DNA of 49,793 nt, taken from positions 1 to 49,793 of the IMG/VR virus record IMGVR_UViG_3300028293_000008; one strand, 5' to 3'. The stretch comes from a virus. Lineage: Duplodnaviria; Caudoviricetes. The number at the start of each line of letters is the position of its first letter. Within the stretch, counting starts at the first letter, position 1. The notes under the pieces were generated by a model that searched no databases, was not told the DNA's origin, and saw nothing but the letters and a program-made list of their open reading frames with translations. Positions 19,107-28,682 of the stretch are shown here, piece after piece. Both the position numbers and the translations under genes were made by a program.

Positions 19107-19148
19107 CTCCAAATTTTTGCGAAGTGCCCTAGACCGGTCGGTGCTACG

Positions 19149-19538
19149 ATGCCCCGCATGTGGGGCTTTTGGCGACGCCTGCATGTCGAGCTTGGGACCG
19201 AACGCGGCCGGCGCGAGGAACTCACGCGGCGCGTCGAGTCGCAACAGACCACGATCGCCTTCCTCTGCCAACGGGTGAATCAGCTCGAAACCGAGCGCGC
19301 CCTGCTGTTCCGCCAGCTCACCAACATCAACCTGCCCGTGCCGACGCTTACCGTGACGCCGACCGCGCAGGCGACCCAGGCACCGGCCAACGCGGCGAGC
19401 GCGACGCTCGACGCCGTCGCCAGCCTCGGGATCTTCGACGACGACGCGCGCCACGCGCCCGCGGGCTGGCACGAGGACGGCTCGGTCAACTACGGCACGC
19501 TGCCGGCTCCTGGCCCGGCGATCGGACGCGCGTTCTGA
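19149..19538 (+). CDS. coiled-coil hypothetical protein upstream of the portal
   Basis: LCQRVNQLETERALLF coiled coil. Confidence 0.6.
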   Translation: MPRMWGFWRRLHVELGTERGRREELTRRVESQQTTIAFLCQRVNQLETERALLFRQLTNINLPVPTLTVTPTAQATQAPANAASATLDAVASLGIFDDDARHAPAGWHEDGSVNYGTLPAPGPAIGRAF

Positions 19539-19756
19539 TGGGCGCCGACGACGTGCCGACCTTCGGTGCACTCGCGGTCGGCGACTTTTTCGAGTGGCGC
19601 GACACCGTCGACATCAAGAGCGGCCCGCCCGGTCCCGAGCCCCTGCAGAAAACATCCTCGACGCGGTATGAGTGGTCGCGCGGGTTCGGCACCGCGGAGC
19701 CGCACTACCCGGTGCGCCGCCTCGCCCCTGGCATCGCCGTGAGCCCTGAGCGCTGA
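19538..19756 (+). CDS. hypothetical protein
   Basis: TFGALAVGDFFEW (small SH3-like pattern); TGATG coupling. Confidence 0.5.
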   Translation: MGADDVPTFGALAVGDFFEWRDTVDIKSGPPGPEPLQKTSSTRYEWSRGFGTAEPHYPVRRLAPGIAVSPER

Positions 19757-19757
19757 C

Positions 19758-22184
19758 ATGGCGACCGTGCTCGAGCGGCCCGCCGCCTTCGCCAACAAAG
19801 CGCCAGCCGTCGTCACACCGGGCGGCGCGAAGGATCCCGACAAGGCGCTGCTCGAGGGCTACGACCGCGCCAAACGCGAATGCTTCGCCGACCGCTGGCG
19901 CTATGAACGCGTGTGGACGAAGGCGCTGCACTACGTGAACATGCGGCAGTGGCTCGGCACCTACGATCGCTCGCGCGGCTGGATGGATGCACGCGTCGCG
20001 CAGGGCGTGCCGCGGCCGGTCACGTCCAAACCCAAAGAGGGCGTGCAGGCGATCCGCGCGATGTTCACCGCGGCGACGCTCGGCGTCGACGTGCGCCCGC
20101 TCACCAACGACGTGAAGTCGGTGACGACCGCGACGACCGCCGACAAACTCGCGCCGGTGCTCTACACCGCGAACGAGATGGATCTGGTCCTGCAGGAAGG
20201 CGATTTCTGGTTCATCGTCTGCGGCAACGTGATCTATCACGTCAGTTACGACGACGACGGCCGCTACATCAAGGTGCCGTTCAACGTCTGCGCCGCGTGC
20301 GGCTACGAGACGACCGTCGACGAGATCGCGAAAGCGAAACAGCTCTGTCCGCAGTGCGGGAAGCCAGGACCGTTCACGCCGGCGCTGAAGGAGGACAACA
20401 CGCCGAAGCTGGACGTGCGCCCGCAGGGGCACACGGTGACGACGCCGCTCTCGCCACTCGAGGTGGCGTTTCCGTTCATGCGTCCGCGATGGCGCGACGT
20501 CGATCGCCTGATCCGCATGCGCTGGCGCACCAAGGCCTACTATGAATCGCATCCGGCGCTGCAGGAGTATGTGAGCCGGATCCGGTTCGCGAAAAATTCG
20601 AACGAGCGCTCGCTGCAGATCTTTCAATCGCTGCCGTTCCAGACCGAGCTGAATCCGAATATCGGCAGCGGCGGCACCGGCAGCGGCGACGAGGAAGGCG
20701 TCGCCGAATACGAGCTGTGGGAGAAACCGACACCCGCGCATCCGGACGGGTTCGTCCTGCGCGTCGCCGGCGACAGCAACCCCGTCGTGCTGCACCTCGA
20801 GGACGCCGAAGGCCTGCCCGGTCCCCTGCCGTATCACGACGCGAAAGGCGATCCGCTGTGGACGTTCCATCACGCGGCGTATGAACACGTCGGCGGGCGC
20901 GTGCTCGGCTCGGGCGCGCTCGAGCCCGCGATGGGCAAATTCGATCAGCTCAATCGCCTCGACTCGCTCGTCGAAATGATGATGACGCGCATGGCGATCC
21001 CGCAGATCCTGAAACCGAAGGGCCAGGAAATTCACTGGCTCGGCGATTCACCCGCCATGCCGGGGCTGATCGCGGAATACTCGCCGGCGCCCGGTGGCGG
21101 CAAACCGGAGCAGTGGCCCGGTCAGGATCCGCCGCGCGCGTGGGTGCTCCTGCGCGAACAGTTCGTCGAAGAAATTGATGCTGCGCTCGGCACCAACGAT
21201 ATTTTGCGCGGACGCAAACCGCCCAACGTCGAAGCGTTCAGCGCGATGCAATTGCTCGTCGAAGCCGGCGAGGCGCGGTTCGCTGGCGCGTTCAAAGCGC
21301 GCGCGCTCGCGTTCCGCGATGTCAGTAAGTCACAGATCGAGATCGAACGCGAATTCGGTCCCGACACGCGCGTGCAGGCAATCGTCACGCCGGCGCGCGG
21401 CTACAGCTTCGCGACCTTTGCGAAGGCCGACCTCGATGGCGAAGTCACGTTCGCGGTCGCCGATGGATCGACGAAGCCGAAGACGCAGCTCGCCGAGCGC
21501 GCGTCGATCGAACACCTGAAACAGTTCGGCGGCGTCGACATGAACGACCCCGACACGAAATACGCGGTGTATCAAAAACTCGGTCAGACGGACTTGATCC
21601 CGGCGACGGACAATCAGCATCAGTGCGCGCTGCAAAATCAGGAACAGTTCATGACCTGGGTGACGTCGCCAGCGGCAAAAGCCTTTCTGCCGCCTATGGC
21701 GCCGCCGGCGCCGGCGGCTGCGGGGGGGATGGCCCCGCCGCCGCCGCCGCCGGATCCAAGCACCGATCCGACCTATCCGTTCAACCTGCAGCCGTGGTAT
21801 GACGTGCGCATTCACCGCGTCGAGTTGGTGAAGTGGTCGGTGTCCGACGAAGCGATCGATCTGTTCAAACGCTTCCCGCCGGCGCGCTATTTCGTCGGCA
21901 AGTATCTCGGCGAACTCGATAGCAAACTCGCGCAGGCCGCGGCGCCGCCGCCCGAACAGCCGAAGGTGAGCTACAGCTTCGGCGCCGAAGACATGGCCGC
22001 CGATCCCGCGGTGCGCGACGTGTTCCTGCAGGCGCAGAATCTGCCGCTGCCGACGCCGGCCGCCGCGGGCGCCGGCACGCCGCCGCAAGGCGCCGCGCTC
22101 GCCATGCACAACAGCAATCAGAATTCCGCGCCGGTCGGCAACACGCCGCAACCGGGCTCGCCGGCGATCACCGCCGGCCGCTGA
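19758..22184 (+). CDS. portal protein (P22-like) with Zn-ribbon insertion
   Basis: 808 aa; YVNMRQW, QLNRLDSL, GRKPPNVEAFSAMQLLVE motifs; precedes scaffold and capsid. Confidence 0.8.
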   Translation: MATVLERPAAFANKAPAVVTPGGAKDPDKALLEGYDRAKRECFADRWRYERVWTKALHYVNMRQWLGTYDRSRGWMDARVAQGVPRPVTSKPKEGVQAIRAMFTAATLGVDVRPLTNDVKSVTTATTADKLAPVLYTANEMDLVLQEGDFWFIVCGNVIYHVSYDDDGRYIKVPFNVCAACGYETTVDEIAKAKQLCPQCGKPGPFTPALKEDNTPKLDVRPQGHTVTTPLSPLEVAFPFMRPRWRDVDRLIRMRWRTKAYYESHPALQEYVSRIRFAKNSNERSLQIFQSLPFQTELNPNIGSGGTGSGDEEGVAEYELWEKPTPAHPDGFVLRVAGDSNPVVLHLEDAEGLPGPLPYHDAKGDPLWTFHHAAYEHVGGRVLGSGALEPAMGKFDQLNRLDSLVEMMMTRMAIPQILKPKGQEIHWLGDSPAMPGLIAEYSPAPGGGKPEQWPGQDPPRAWVLLREQFVEEIDAALGTNDILRGRKPPNVEAFSAMQLLVEAGEARFAGAFKARALAFRDVSKSQIEIEREFGPDTRVQAIVTPARGYSFATFAKADLDGEVTFAVADGSTKPKTQLAERASIEHLKQFGGVDMNDPDTKYAVYQKLGQTDLIPATDNQHQCALQNQEQFMTWVTSPAAKAFLPPMAPPAPAAAGGMAPPPPPPDPSTDPTYPFNLQPWYDVRIHRVELVKWSVSDEAIDLFKRFPPARYFVGKYLGELDSKLAQAAAPPPEQPKVSYSFGAEDMAADPAVRDVFLQAQNLPLPTPAAAGAGTPPQGAALAMHNSNQNSAPVGNTPQPGSPAITAGR

Positions 22185-22708
22185 CATGCTCGACGATGAT
22201 CCGCTCGACGGCGTGCGTCTGCAGGCGCAGCTCCGCGATCTGTGCGACGACGACGACGTCGCGCGGCTCGCCGCGGCCTGCAGTCTGACCGGCACGGCCT
22301 CGGCGGATCCGCGGCCCGTCGCGCGCGCGCCGCGCGCCTACACGCCGCGCGTGCTGCCGGCGGTCCTGCTGCCCAACGTGCGCGCCGTGCTCTGCGGCCG
22401 ACGGATGCGCGGCGTGTCGTCGGCGCTATGGTGGAGTGACCTCGAGGACGACGTGCGCGAGCGCATTCTCGATTACGTGCGCTTCGATGTCGCCGCACAG
22501 TGGAGCGATCCGCGCGAGCAGCTCGGACTGTTGCCGTATGGGTCTGCGCGTTGAGTATCCGTGCGGGTGCGTCCGCGAGGCCGACGCGATGTGCTACTGC
22601 CCGACGCACGCGCAGATGCACGAGGCCGAGGCGTCCGCGCCGTGGTGGACGATCGTCGTGCTGGTGCTGCTGATCGTGTGGGAGATCACCTTGCTGACGC
22701 GGTGAGCC

Positions 22709-22903
22709 ATGCCGAAATTTCTCGAGTCGAAACTGAAAGACGAATACGGCGCCGACAGCGCGGTCCCCTTTAAGGTCATGAACCGGCTCGGTTTGATGCA
22801 CGGCAACAAAGAGACGCCGAAAGGCGCCGCGCTCGACGCCAAGCACGCGCAGCAGGGCGGCGGCGGATCGATGGCGGCCCTGCGTCGGAAGACACGCCGA
22901 TGA
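22709..22903 (+). CDS. small basic phage protein
   Basis: MPKFLESKLKDEYG...MNRLGLMHGNKETPKG. Confidence 0.65.
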   Translation: MPKFLESKLKDEYGADSAVPFKVMNRLGLMHGNKETPKGAALDAKHAQQGGGGSMAALRRKTRR

Positions 22904-23412
22904 CCGACGATCAGGCGCGCTTCGATGGATGGGCCATCGTCGAAGTGTTCGGCCATCAGCGCTATGCCGGTTACGTCACGACGCAGGCCTTCGGCCAAGC
23001 GGTGATGTTCCGCGTCGATGTGCCGCCGCTCGACGAGCGCGAGCGCATCACGAAACATTTCGAATACGTCGACGGCGTCAGCGTGCCGCCCGGCAGCACG
23101 GTCAAGGAAAACGCCGTGCCGGGCTACACGAAGCTGTTCGGCGTCGGCGCGATCTACGGCCTGACGCCGTGCACGCAGGAAGCCGCCGTGCTCGCGGTCG
23201 CCGGCATGCAGGCGCGTCGCCTGCAAGTCGTCTCGCTCGCACCGGAACGCGGCCTTGCGGCCGACCGGTTCGATGACGCGCGGCTCGCGGATGAGGCCGA
23301 TCAGGACGACGAGGTTCTCATCGACGAGGACACGGACGACGACGAGGACGGCACGGATGAGGCTGAGGACGAGGCGCAGCACGACCGGTCGGACATGCCG
23401 TCCCCAAAATGA
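22900..23412 (+). CDS. conserved hypothetical phage protein with acidic tail
   Basis: WAIVEVFGHQRYAGYVT..F.RVDVP..TKLFGVGAIYGLTPC. Confidence 0.75.
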   Translation: MTDDQARFDGWAIVEVFGHQRYAGYVTTQAFGQAVMFRVDVPPLDERERITKHFEYVDGVSVPPGSTVKENAVPGYTKLFGVGAIYGLTPCTQEAAVLAVAGMQARRLQVVSLAPERGLAADRFDDARLADEADQDDEVLIDEDTDDDEDGTDEAEDEAQHDRSDMPSPK

Positions 23413-23452
23413 CCATTGGGGGACTGCCCCGGCCGGGTGTAGACTCCCCGTT

Positions 23453-23557
23453 CGTAAGACTCGGCGCGTAAGACCCACGCTGCGGTTCCATCCCAACCGC
23501 ACGCAGACCGCGTAAGACCTGAGCCCTGGGTTCGCGTAAGACCTCGGCGCGTAACAC
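23453..23557 (+). repeat. five CGTAA(G/C)AC boxes upstream of the scaffold-capsid genes
   Basis: copies at 23453, 23467, 23511, 23535 and 23550. Confidence 0.75.
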
Positions 23558-23582
23558 CATTTTCCGAAGGGTAGGCGTCCAC

Positions 23583-24512
23583 ATGCACCGATCCGTGATC
23601 GCGCGATTCTTCACGTCCGGCCTCGATCCGATCTTCGCCGCCGCCGGCGACGGGAGCGGTGCTGGGAGCGCTGCGGCAGGCACCGGCGGCGGGGCAGCAG
23701 CGGGCACCGGCGGCAGCGGCGCGGCGGCCTCCCTTGGTGCCGATCCCGCGGCTGCGGCCGGTGCCGCTGGTGCGGCCGGGGCCGCGGCGGCCGAGAAGAC
23801 CTACACGTTCAAGGAAGATCGGTCGACCTGGGTAGACCCCGATCGTGTCAAGAAAGCCGAAGCGGCGATCAATCGCACGACGACCGAACTCGAGCGCGCG
23901 CGCGCCGTCATCGCCGATCAGGACCGGCGCATCAAAGCGCTCGCCGGCGTCGCGCCGGTCGATCCGGATGCGGCCGAGGCGCAGAAAATTGCGGATGCGT
24001 TTTTCGCGCTACCGCAGTTCGCGCACCTGAAAACCCTCACGCCAGAGATGCTGCAGCGCGTCGAGGCCTTGATCGCTGAAGGCGGCAGCATCGCCGAGGC
24101 GCGCGATCACATCTGGAACGCCCACACCGACAATTTCCTGCAGCGGCTCGATGTGGCGTTCGCCGATCGGATCGGCGCCGACACGCTCACGCCAGGGCAG
24201 CAGAAAAAACTGCACGCGGCCTTCGGCGCGATGATTCCCGACGAGCGCGACGCCGAGGCCTTCGCCGCCTTCCGCAAACGTTTCGAAGCCGGCGATGAAT
24301 CGCTCATCACCGACTTCGTCAAAGAATACGATTCCGATCTCTTCGAACCCGTGCGCCGCCAGGCGACCATTCCCACGCTGCGGCGCCCGGTGCCGCGCAG
24401 TGGGCCGGCCGCCCCGGTCGTCACGCAAGCTAAAAAACCGGATTATTCGCAGATGACCGTGGAGCAGATGCTCGAGCACGGCGAGAAGGAAGCCGAAGCG
24501 CTCGGCCGCTGA
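23583..24512 (+). CDS. capsid scaffolding protein
   Basis: Gly/Ala-rich N-terminus, helical charged body; directly upstream of the major capsid gene. Confidence 0.7.
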   Translation: MHRSVIARFFTSGLDPIFAAAGDGSGAGSAAAGTGGGAAAGTGGSGAAASLGADPAAAAGAAGAAGAAAAEKTYTFKEDRSTWVDPDRVKKAEAAINRTTTELERARAVIADQDRRIKALAGVAPVDPDAAEAQKIADAFFALPQFAHLKTLTPEMLQRVEALIAEGGSIAEARDHIWNAHTDNFLQRLDVAFADRIGADTLTPGQQKKLHAAFGAMIPDERDAEAFAAFRKRFEAGDESLITDFVKEYDSDLFEPVRRQATIPTLRRPVPRSGPAAPVVTQAKKPDYSQMTVEQMLEHGEKEAEALGR

Positions 24513-24560
24513 CGACGAGCCCCGACTCTACGCGCTGCGCTCGCGGAGGTAGTGGTCGCC

Positions 24561-25967
24561 ATGACGAATTTTTATCCCACGGGACTGCGCCACATCGGCG
24601 CACTCCTGGCCTTCCTGACGCAGTCGCCCGACGGCTATCTGTGGGCTGGTCCCGGCAGTGACGCGGCGACCGAAGACGGCCTGCTCAAAAACACCTACGA
24701 GGACATCATCGCCGAGGGCGTGCTGAAAAAGTTTCAGTTGCGCGACGCCTTCAAGCTGAAAGATTCGCCCTGGGACGGCGGGCGCGGCAAAGAGTGGAGC
24801 GCGCACGTCGAGCGCAACAACTCGCCGATGGCCGTCGGCTCCGACTCGGCGATCCCCGTCGCCGACAATCAGAAATACATCACGGGTTTCATCACGCAGA
24901 AAAAGATCATGGCGCGGTGGCGCGTCACCAACGAGCAGCTCGAGGACACGCAGTCGAAGGAAGGCGCGTATCGCTCCACACGTTCAGAAAATATGGAGCG
25001 GCTGATCGACGACATCAGCTACAGAGAAGAATTTTACCTTGGCTCGGATGGCCGCGGCGTCTTCGCGATCGTCGATGCGACGTCGTCGGGCGCGACCCTC
25101 GAGCTGAACTCACCGGGCAACGTCTCCTCGACGGGCGTCGCGATCACGTCGGCGTTCGGCAATCGGTTCATCAAAAAAGGTATGGCGCTCGCGGCGGTCA
25201 ATCCCGCGAACGGCCAGATCCGGACGAACACGCCGAAAGTCACCGCCGTCAACACCGACGGCACCGACGTCACGCTCGCCGCGGCGCCATCGTGGACGAC
25301 CGGCGACTACGTCGTGCAGGCGGCGAACAACGCCGTCACCGACACGCTCGACACCGCCTACGAAAAAGCGCCGTGGGGGCTCACCGCGCTGTTCGACGAC
25401 GGCACGTATCGTCAGAACTATTTCGGGATCGATCGCTTCCTCTACCCGAATTACGCCTCGTATGTGTCGGCGTCGACGGGCGCGCTCTCGTTCGATCTCC
25501 TGCAGCGCGTCAGCGACATCGTCAATCAGCGCCTGGACGGCGAGATCGATGCGATCTGGTCGCATCACTCGGTGCGCCGCGTCTACATCCTGTTGACGCA
25601 GGCGGATCGGCGCTACGCCGACGAGTCGAGCCGGCGCAATCCGGACGGCGGCACCGCGGCGTTCACGCAGGGCGATCTGACGATGGGCTCGGTCGCCTAC
25701 AAAGCGATCCGCACGCTGCCCCTGCGCACCATGTTCCTCGTCGACACCAAGGGCGCCGACCTGGTGCGCTACACATCGGAAAAAGGCAAGTGGGTCAGCG
25801 GCACCAGCGGCGAGATCCTCGTGCGCGACGGCACCGGCACCAACGCCCGCCACGCGTGGGAGGCCTGGTATTACAAGCGCTATCAGTTGTTCGCGCGCAA
25901 CCCTGGCAAGTGTGCTCGGCTCGACGGGCTCACCGGCATGACCTTCGTCGTCGTGCGCGGCGAGTAA
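24561..25967 (+). CDS. major capsid protein
   Basis: about 468 aa; DGLLKNTYED, C-terminal RNPGKCARLDGL; strong GGAGG SD; position after the scaffold. Confidence 0.85.
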   Translation: MTNFYPTGLRHIGALLAFLTQSPDGYLWAGPGSDAATEDGLLKNTYEDIIAEGVLKKFQLRDAFKLKDSPWDGGRGKEWSAHVERNNSPMAVGSDSAIPVADNQKYITGFITQKKIMARWRVTNEQLEDTQSKEGAYRSTRSENMERLIDDISYREEFYLGSDGRGVFAIVDATSSGATLELNSPGNVSSTGVAITSAFGNRFIKKGMALAAVNPANGQIRTNTPKVTAVNTDGTDVTLAAAPSWTTGDYVVQAANNAVTDTLDTAYEKAPWGLTALFDDGTYRQNYFGIDRFLYPNYASYVSASTGALSFDLLQRVSDIVNQRLDGEIDAIWSHHSVRRVYILLTQADRRYADESSRRNPDGGTAAFTQGDLTMGSVAYKAIRTLPLRTMFLVDTKGADLVRYTSEKGKWVSGTSGEILVRDGTGTNARHAWEAWYYKRYQLFARNPGKCARLDGLTGMTFVVVRGE

Positions 25968-26091
25968 CGACCGATTAACAGCAGGGCGCACTCGGCGAAA
26001 GCCGGAGGGTGTAGAAAAAGGCGGAATCGTCCGGAACCGGGGCACGTGGCAACGTATCCGCTGGCGCCCACACGTTTCGCAGCGAGGGATC

Positions 26092-26493
26092 ATGAGTCAG
26101 TTCGGCGACAACGTCACGCTCGTCAATCGCACGTCGAAACCGCTCGACGCACAGTGGGACGGCGCGCACCATCACTTCGATCCGGGCAAGACGACGAACG
26201 TCCCGATTCAGATCGCTATTGCGGCCGTGCGGCAGAATCCGCAGCACGGCAGCGAGGATCCGCTCGGCGATCCGAATCTGTTCACGTCGCTGTTCGGCAT
26301 CGAAGGCGCCAAGCATCAGTTCGGCGACTGCACGCCGCTCGAGCAGAGCGACGCCGGCGAGCGCATCGATCGGAAAAAGATCGAGGGACCGGCGAAGCGC
26401 GCCGCGCGCCTCAACGCCGGCGCCCCGACACACTTCGATGCGCGCCGCGGCGTCGAGGGCGTCAACCTGCAGGATGACGCGGAAACCCGCTGA
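26092..26493 (+). CDS. hypothetical virion-module protein
   Basis: 133 aa; GAGGG SD. Confidence 0.65.
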   Translation: MSQFGDNVTLVNRTSKPLDAQWDGAHHHFDPGKTTNVPIQIAIAAVRQNPQHGSEDPLGDPNLFTSLFGIEGAKHQFGDCTPLEQSDAGERIDRKKIEGPAKRAARLNAGAPTHFDARRGVEGVNLQDDAETR

Positions 26494-27059
26494 TGCTCGG
26501 CGAGATCTACATCGCGGATCAGAATCCCTTCAGCCTGATCGCGCCGCCGCTGTGGTGGCAACAAGGGCTGTGGGCGTTCGATCCGGACTTGCGGATTCTG
26601 CCGAGCCGCACGCGCCCGGTGCACTGGCTCGGCCGCGTGCAGCGGTTGAGCCGCGGGCTCACCGGCGCGGCGATCGTCGACGATCAGAACGATACCGCGA
26701 TGTTCGTCCAGCATGAGCTGATCAACGTGACGTGGATCGGCTCGACCGAAGGCTGGACGGAAGGGTTCCTGCAGTATGTCGTCGGCGAGCTGATCGCGCG
26801 CGACACCTGGGCCGTTGAAGGCGGCCCGCTCACCGCGCAGCGCTTGCGCGCGGCGATGTTCGAAGGCGGATCGAAATACGGGCGGCTGCTCGACGAGCGC
26901 GATGCCGCCGACCGCCGCAAGATCGATCGCGAGGTGCGCGACGACGTGTATCACGCGACGGGGGACGCATGGCGAAGTCTACAGGCACGCACCGGCGAAC
27001 GCGTGCTCAACGCCGGCCCCGCAAGCCGGCCGTCCGACACGGAGGCGCCCACACCATGA
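26493..27059 (+). CDS. hypothetical virion-module protein
   Basis: 188 aa; TGATG-coupled. Confidence 0.65.
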   Translation: MLGEIYIADQNPFSLIAPPLWWQQGLWAFDPDLRILPSRTRPVHWLGRVQRLSRGLTGAAIVDDQNDTAMFVQHELINVTWIGSTEGWTEGFLQYVVGELIARDTWAVEGGPLTAQRLRAAMFEGGSKYGRLLDERDAADRRKIDREVRDDVYHATGDAWRSLQARTGERVLNAGPASRPSDTEAPTP

Positions 27060-27496
27060 CGACACCGAAAAGCACCAGCAGCACCGACGGCACCGACGGC
27101 CGCGACGAGCGCGCCGCAGCAAAAGCCGCGCGTGAGGAACAGCCCGCGCCGGATGCCACCCTGAGCATCAGCAACGGACCGGAACAATCGCCAGTCCTGA
27201 TCACCGGCAAGGGCTTCGGCGACAAACAGGGCACGGTCTGGTTCAACGACGTCGCCGGGCCGGTCGGCTCGTGGACCGATCGCTCGGTCCTGACCTCGGT
27301 GCCCTACGGCGCGACGACCGGCCCGATCACGCTGCGCGCCGCCGACGGCCGCACGTTCATCGCCGGCCAGTTCACCGTCGATCCCGGCGTCTGGTCGGAG
27401 ACGGATGTCACCGATCAAGTCGGCGAGCGACGGGGCGGCACGGCGCCGCCGCAGACCGGACCGGGCAAGGCCGGCGAACCGCCGGTCGGATCGTAG
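27056..27496 (+). CDS. IPT/TIG (Ig-like) domain protein
   Basis: GP..SPVLITGKGFGDKQGTVWFN..SWTDRSV..VPYGATTGPI. Confidence 0.75.
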   Translation: MTTPKSTSSTDGTDGRDERAAAKAAREEQPAPDATLSISNGPEQSPVLITGKGFGDKQGTVWFNDVAGPVGSWTDRSVLTSVPYGATTGPITLRAADGRTFIAGQFTVDPGVWSETDVTDQVGERRGGTAPPQTGPGKAGEPPVGS

Positions 27497-27590
27497 TTCG
27501 GCGCGTTCGACCGGGCGCTGCGCATTCGCAAAGCGGCGCCGGCAACCTCGAGACAACGCGTGACGGCCGCGCAGCCGTCGGAGGCCTTCG

Positions 27591-28181
27591 ATGCGAAAGT
27601 TGATCCCGTCCCAATTCAGTCAGTCGCCTGACGGGTATCTGTGGGCGAACCAGGCCGCCGCGGCGGCGACCGAAGCGGAAAATGCGCTGTGGCAGCGCGT
27701 CGACATGGCGCTGGCCGGCGCGACGCCCGGCGCGCAGATGGCCTTCTACGCGCTGAAGCGCTGGATGGCGCAGCAACTGCAGGCGCCGCTCGCGCGGTTC
27801 ACGCCGCTCAACAACAATTCGACGACCGGCCTGATCACCGCCTCGACGGGCGGCCTCTACGGCCTCGTGGCGACGCGCCTCTACGGGATTTACATCCGGA
27901 AGACGGCGGTCGCGGGCTCGTCGACCGCGAGCTATCTGAAGCTGTTCGACGACGGCACCGACGTGGCCATCAGCGGCCTGACCGCCGCGAGCCGCCTGGT
28001 GATTCCGCTCGGCGCCGTCTCGAGCGGCGCCCCGGGCACGCTGCTCGAGGGGATCTATCTCTCGCCGAACGGCTTCCCGCTGGCGAACGGCATCCGGTTC
28101 TCGCTGGTCACGCTCGCCGACACGTTCACGATTTCGAGCGTGACCGACGGCGGCGACGGGTTCTGTATCACCGCGCCGTAA
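27591..28181 (+). CDS. putative minor capsid or structural protein sharing an N-terminal motif with the MCP
   Basis: QSPDGYLWA identical to the MCP N-terminal region; beta-rich C-terminus. Confidence 0.65.
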   Translation: MRKLIPSQFSQSPDGYLWANQAAAAATEAENALWQRVDMALAGATPGAQMAFYALKRWMAQQLQAPLARFTPLNNNSTTGLITASTGGLYGLVATRLYGIYIRKTAVAGSSTASYLKLFDDGTDVAISGLTAASRLVIPLGAVSSGAPGTLLEGIYLSPNGFPLANGIRFSLVTLADTFTISSVTDGGDGFCITAP

Positions 28182-28193
28182 GGGGAGACGACG

Positions 28194-28679
28194 ATGCCTG
28201 ATCATTACATTCAGCGCGGGTCGTCGTCGGGCGGCCCGCCGGCGAATTTCATCAACTTGCCGCAAGCGACGGCGATGTATGTCGATGGCGCAACCGACGA
28301 ACTCGTCGTCGGCCAGGGCGCGTCGGGCACGACCGGGCAAGTCGTCGCCGGCTACGTCAGCGCGACCGAGACGGGCACGACGAGCACCACGCTACGCAAC
28401 TACGGCCTGAGCAACCTCACGCCGTCGTCGAGCGGCGCGACGAAGGGCTATAACTTGGCGGCCCCGGCCGTCAATCTACAGAAGTCGCTCGTCGTGCTGA
28501 CACCGTCGACGTCGGGCTCGGTGATCACGGTGTCGGCGCCGGCCGGCGTCACCTTCGACGGCACGAACGCGACGCTGAACTTCGCGTCGGTCGTGCGCGA
28601 CTGGGTGAACCTGCAGGGCATCAGCAGCACGCGGTGGGTCATCCTGTCGAACTCGACGGGCGTCACGCTGTCGGCCTAG
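28194..28679 (+). CDS. putative structural or decoration protein
   Basis: Ser/Thr/Gly-rich beta protein; GGGGAG SD. Confidence 0.6.
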   Translation: MPDHYIQRGSSSGGPPANFINLPQATAMYVDGATDELVVGQGASGTTGQVVAGYVSATETGTTSTTLRNYGLSNLTPSSSGATKGYNLAAPAVNLQKSLVVLTPSTSGSVITVSAPAGVTFDGTNATLNFASVVRDWVNLQGISSTRWVILSNSTGVTLSA

Positions 28680-28682
28680 CGT

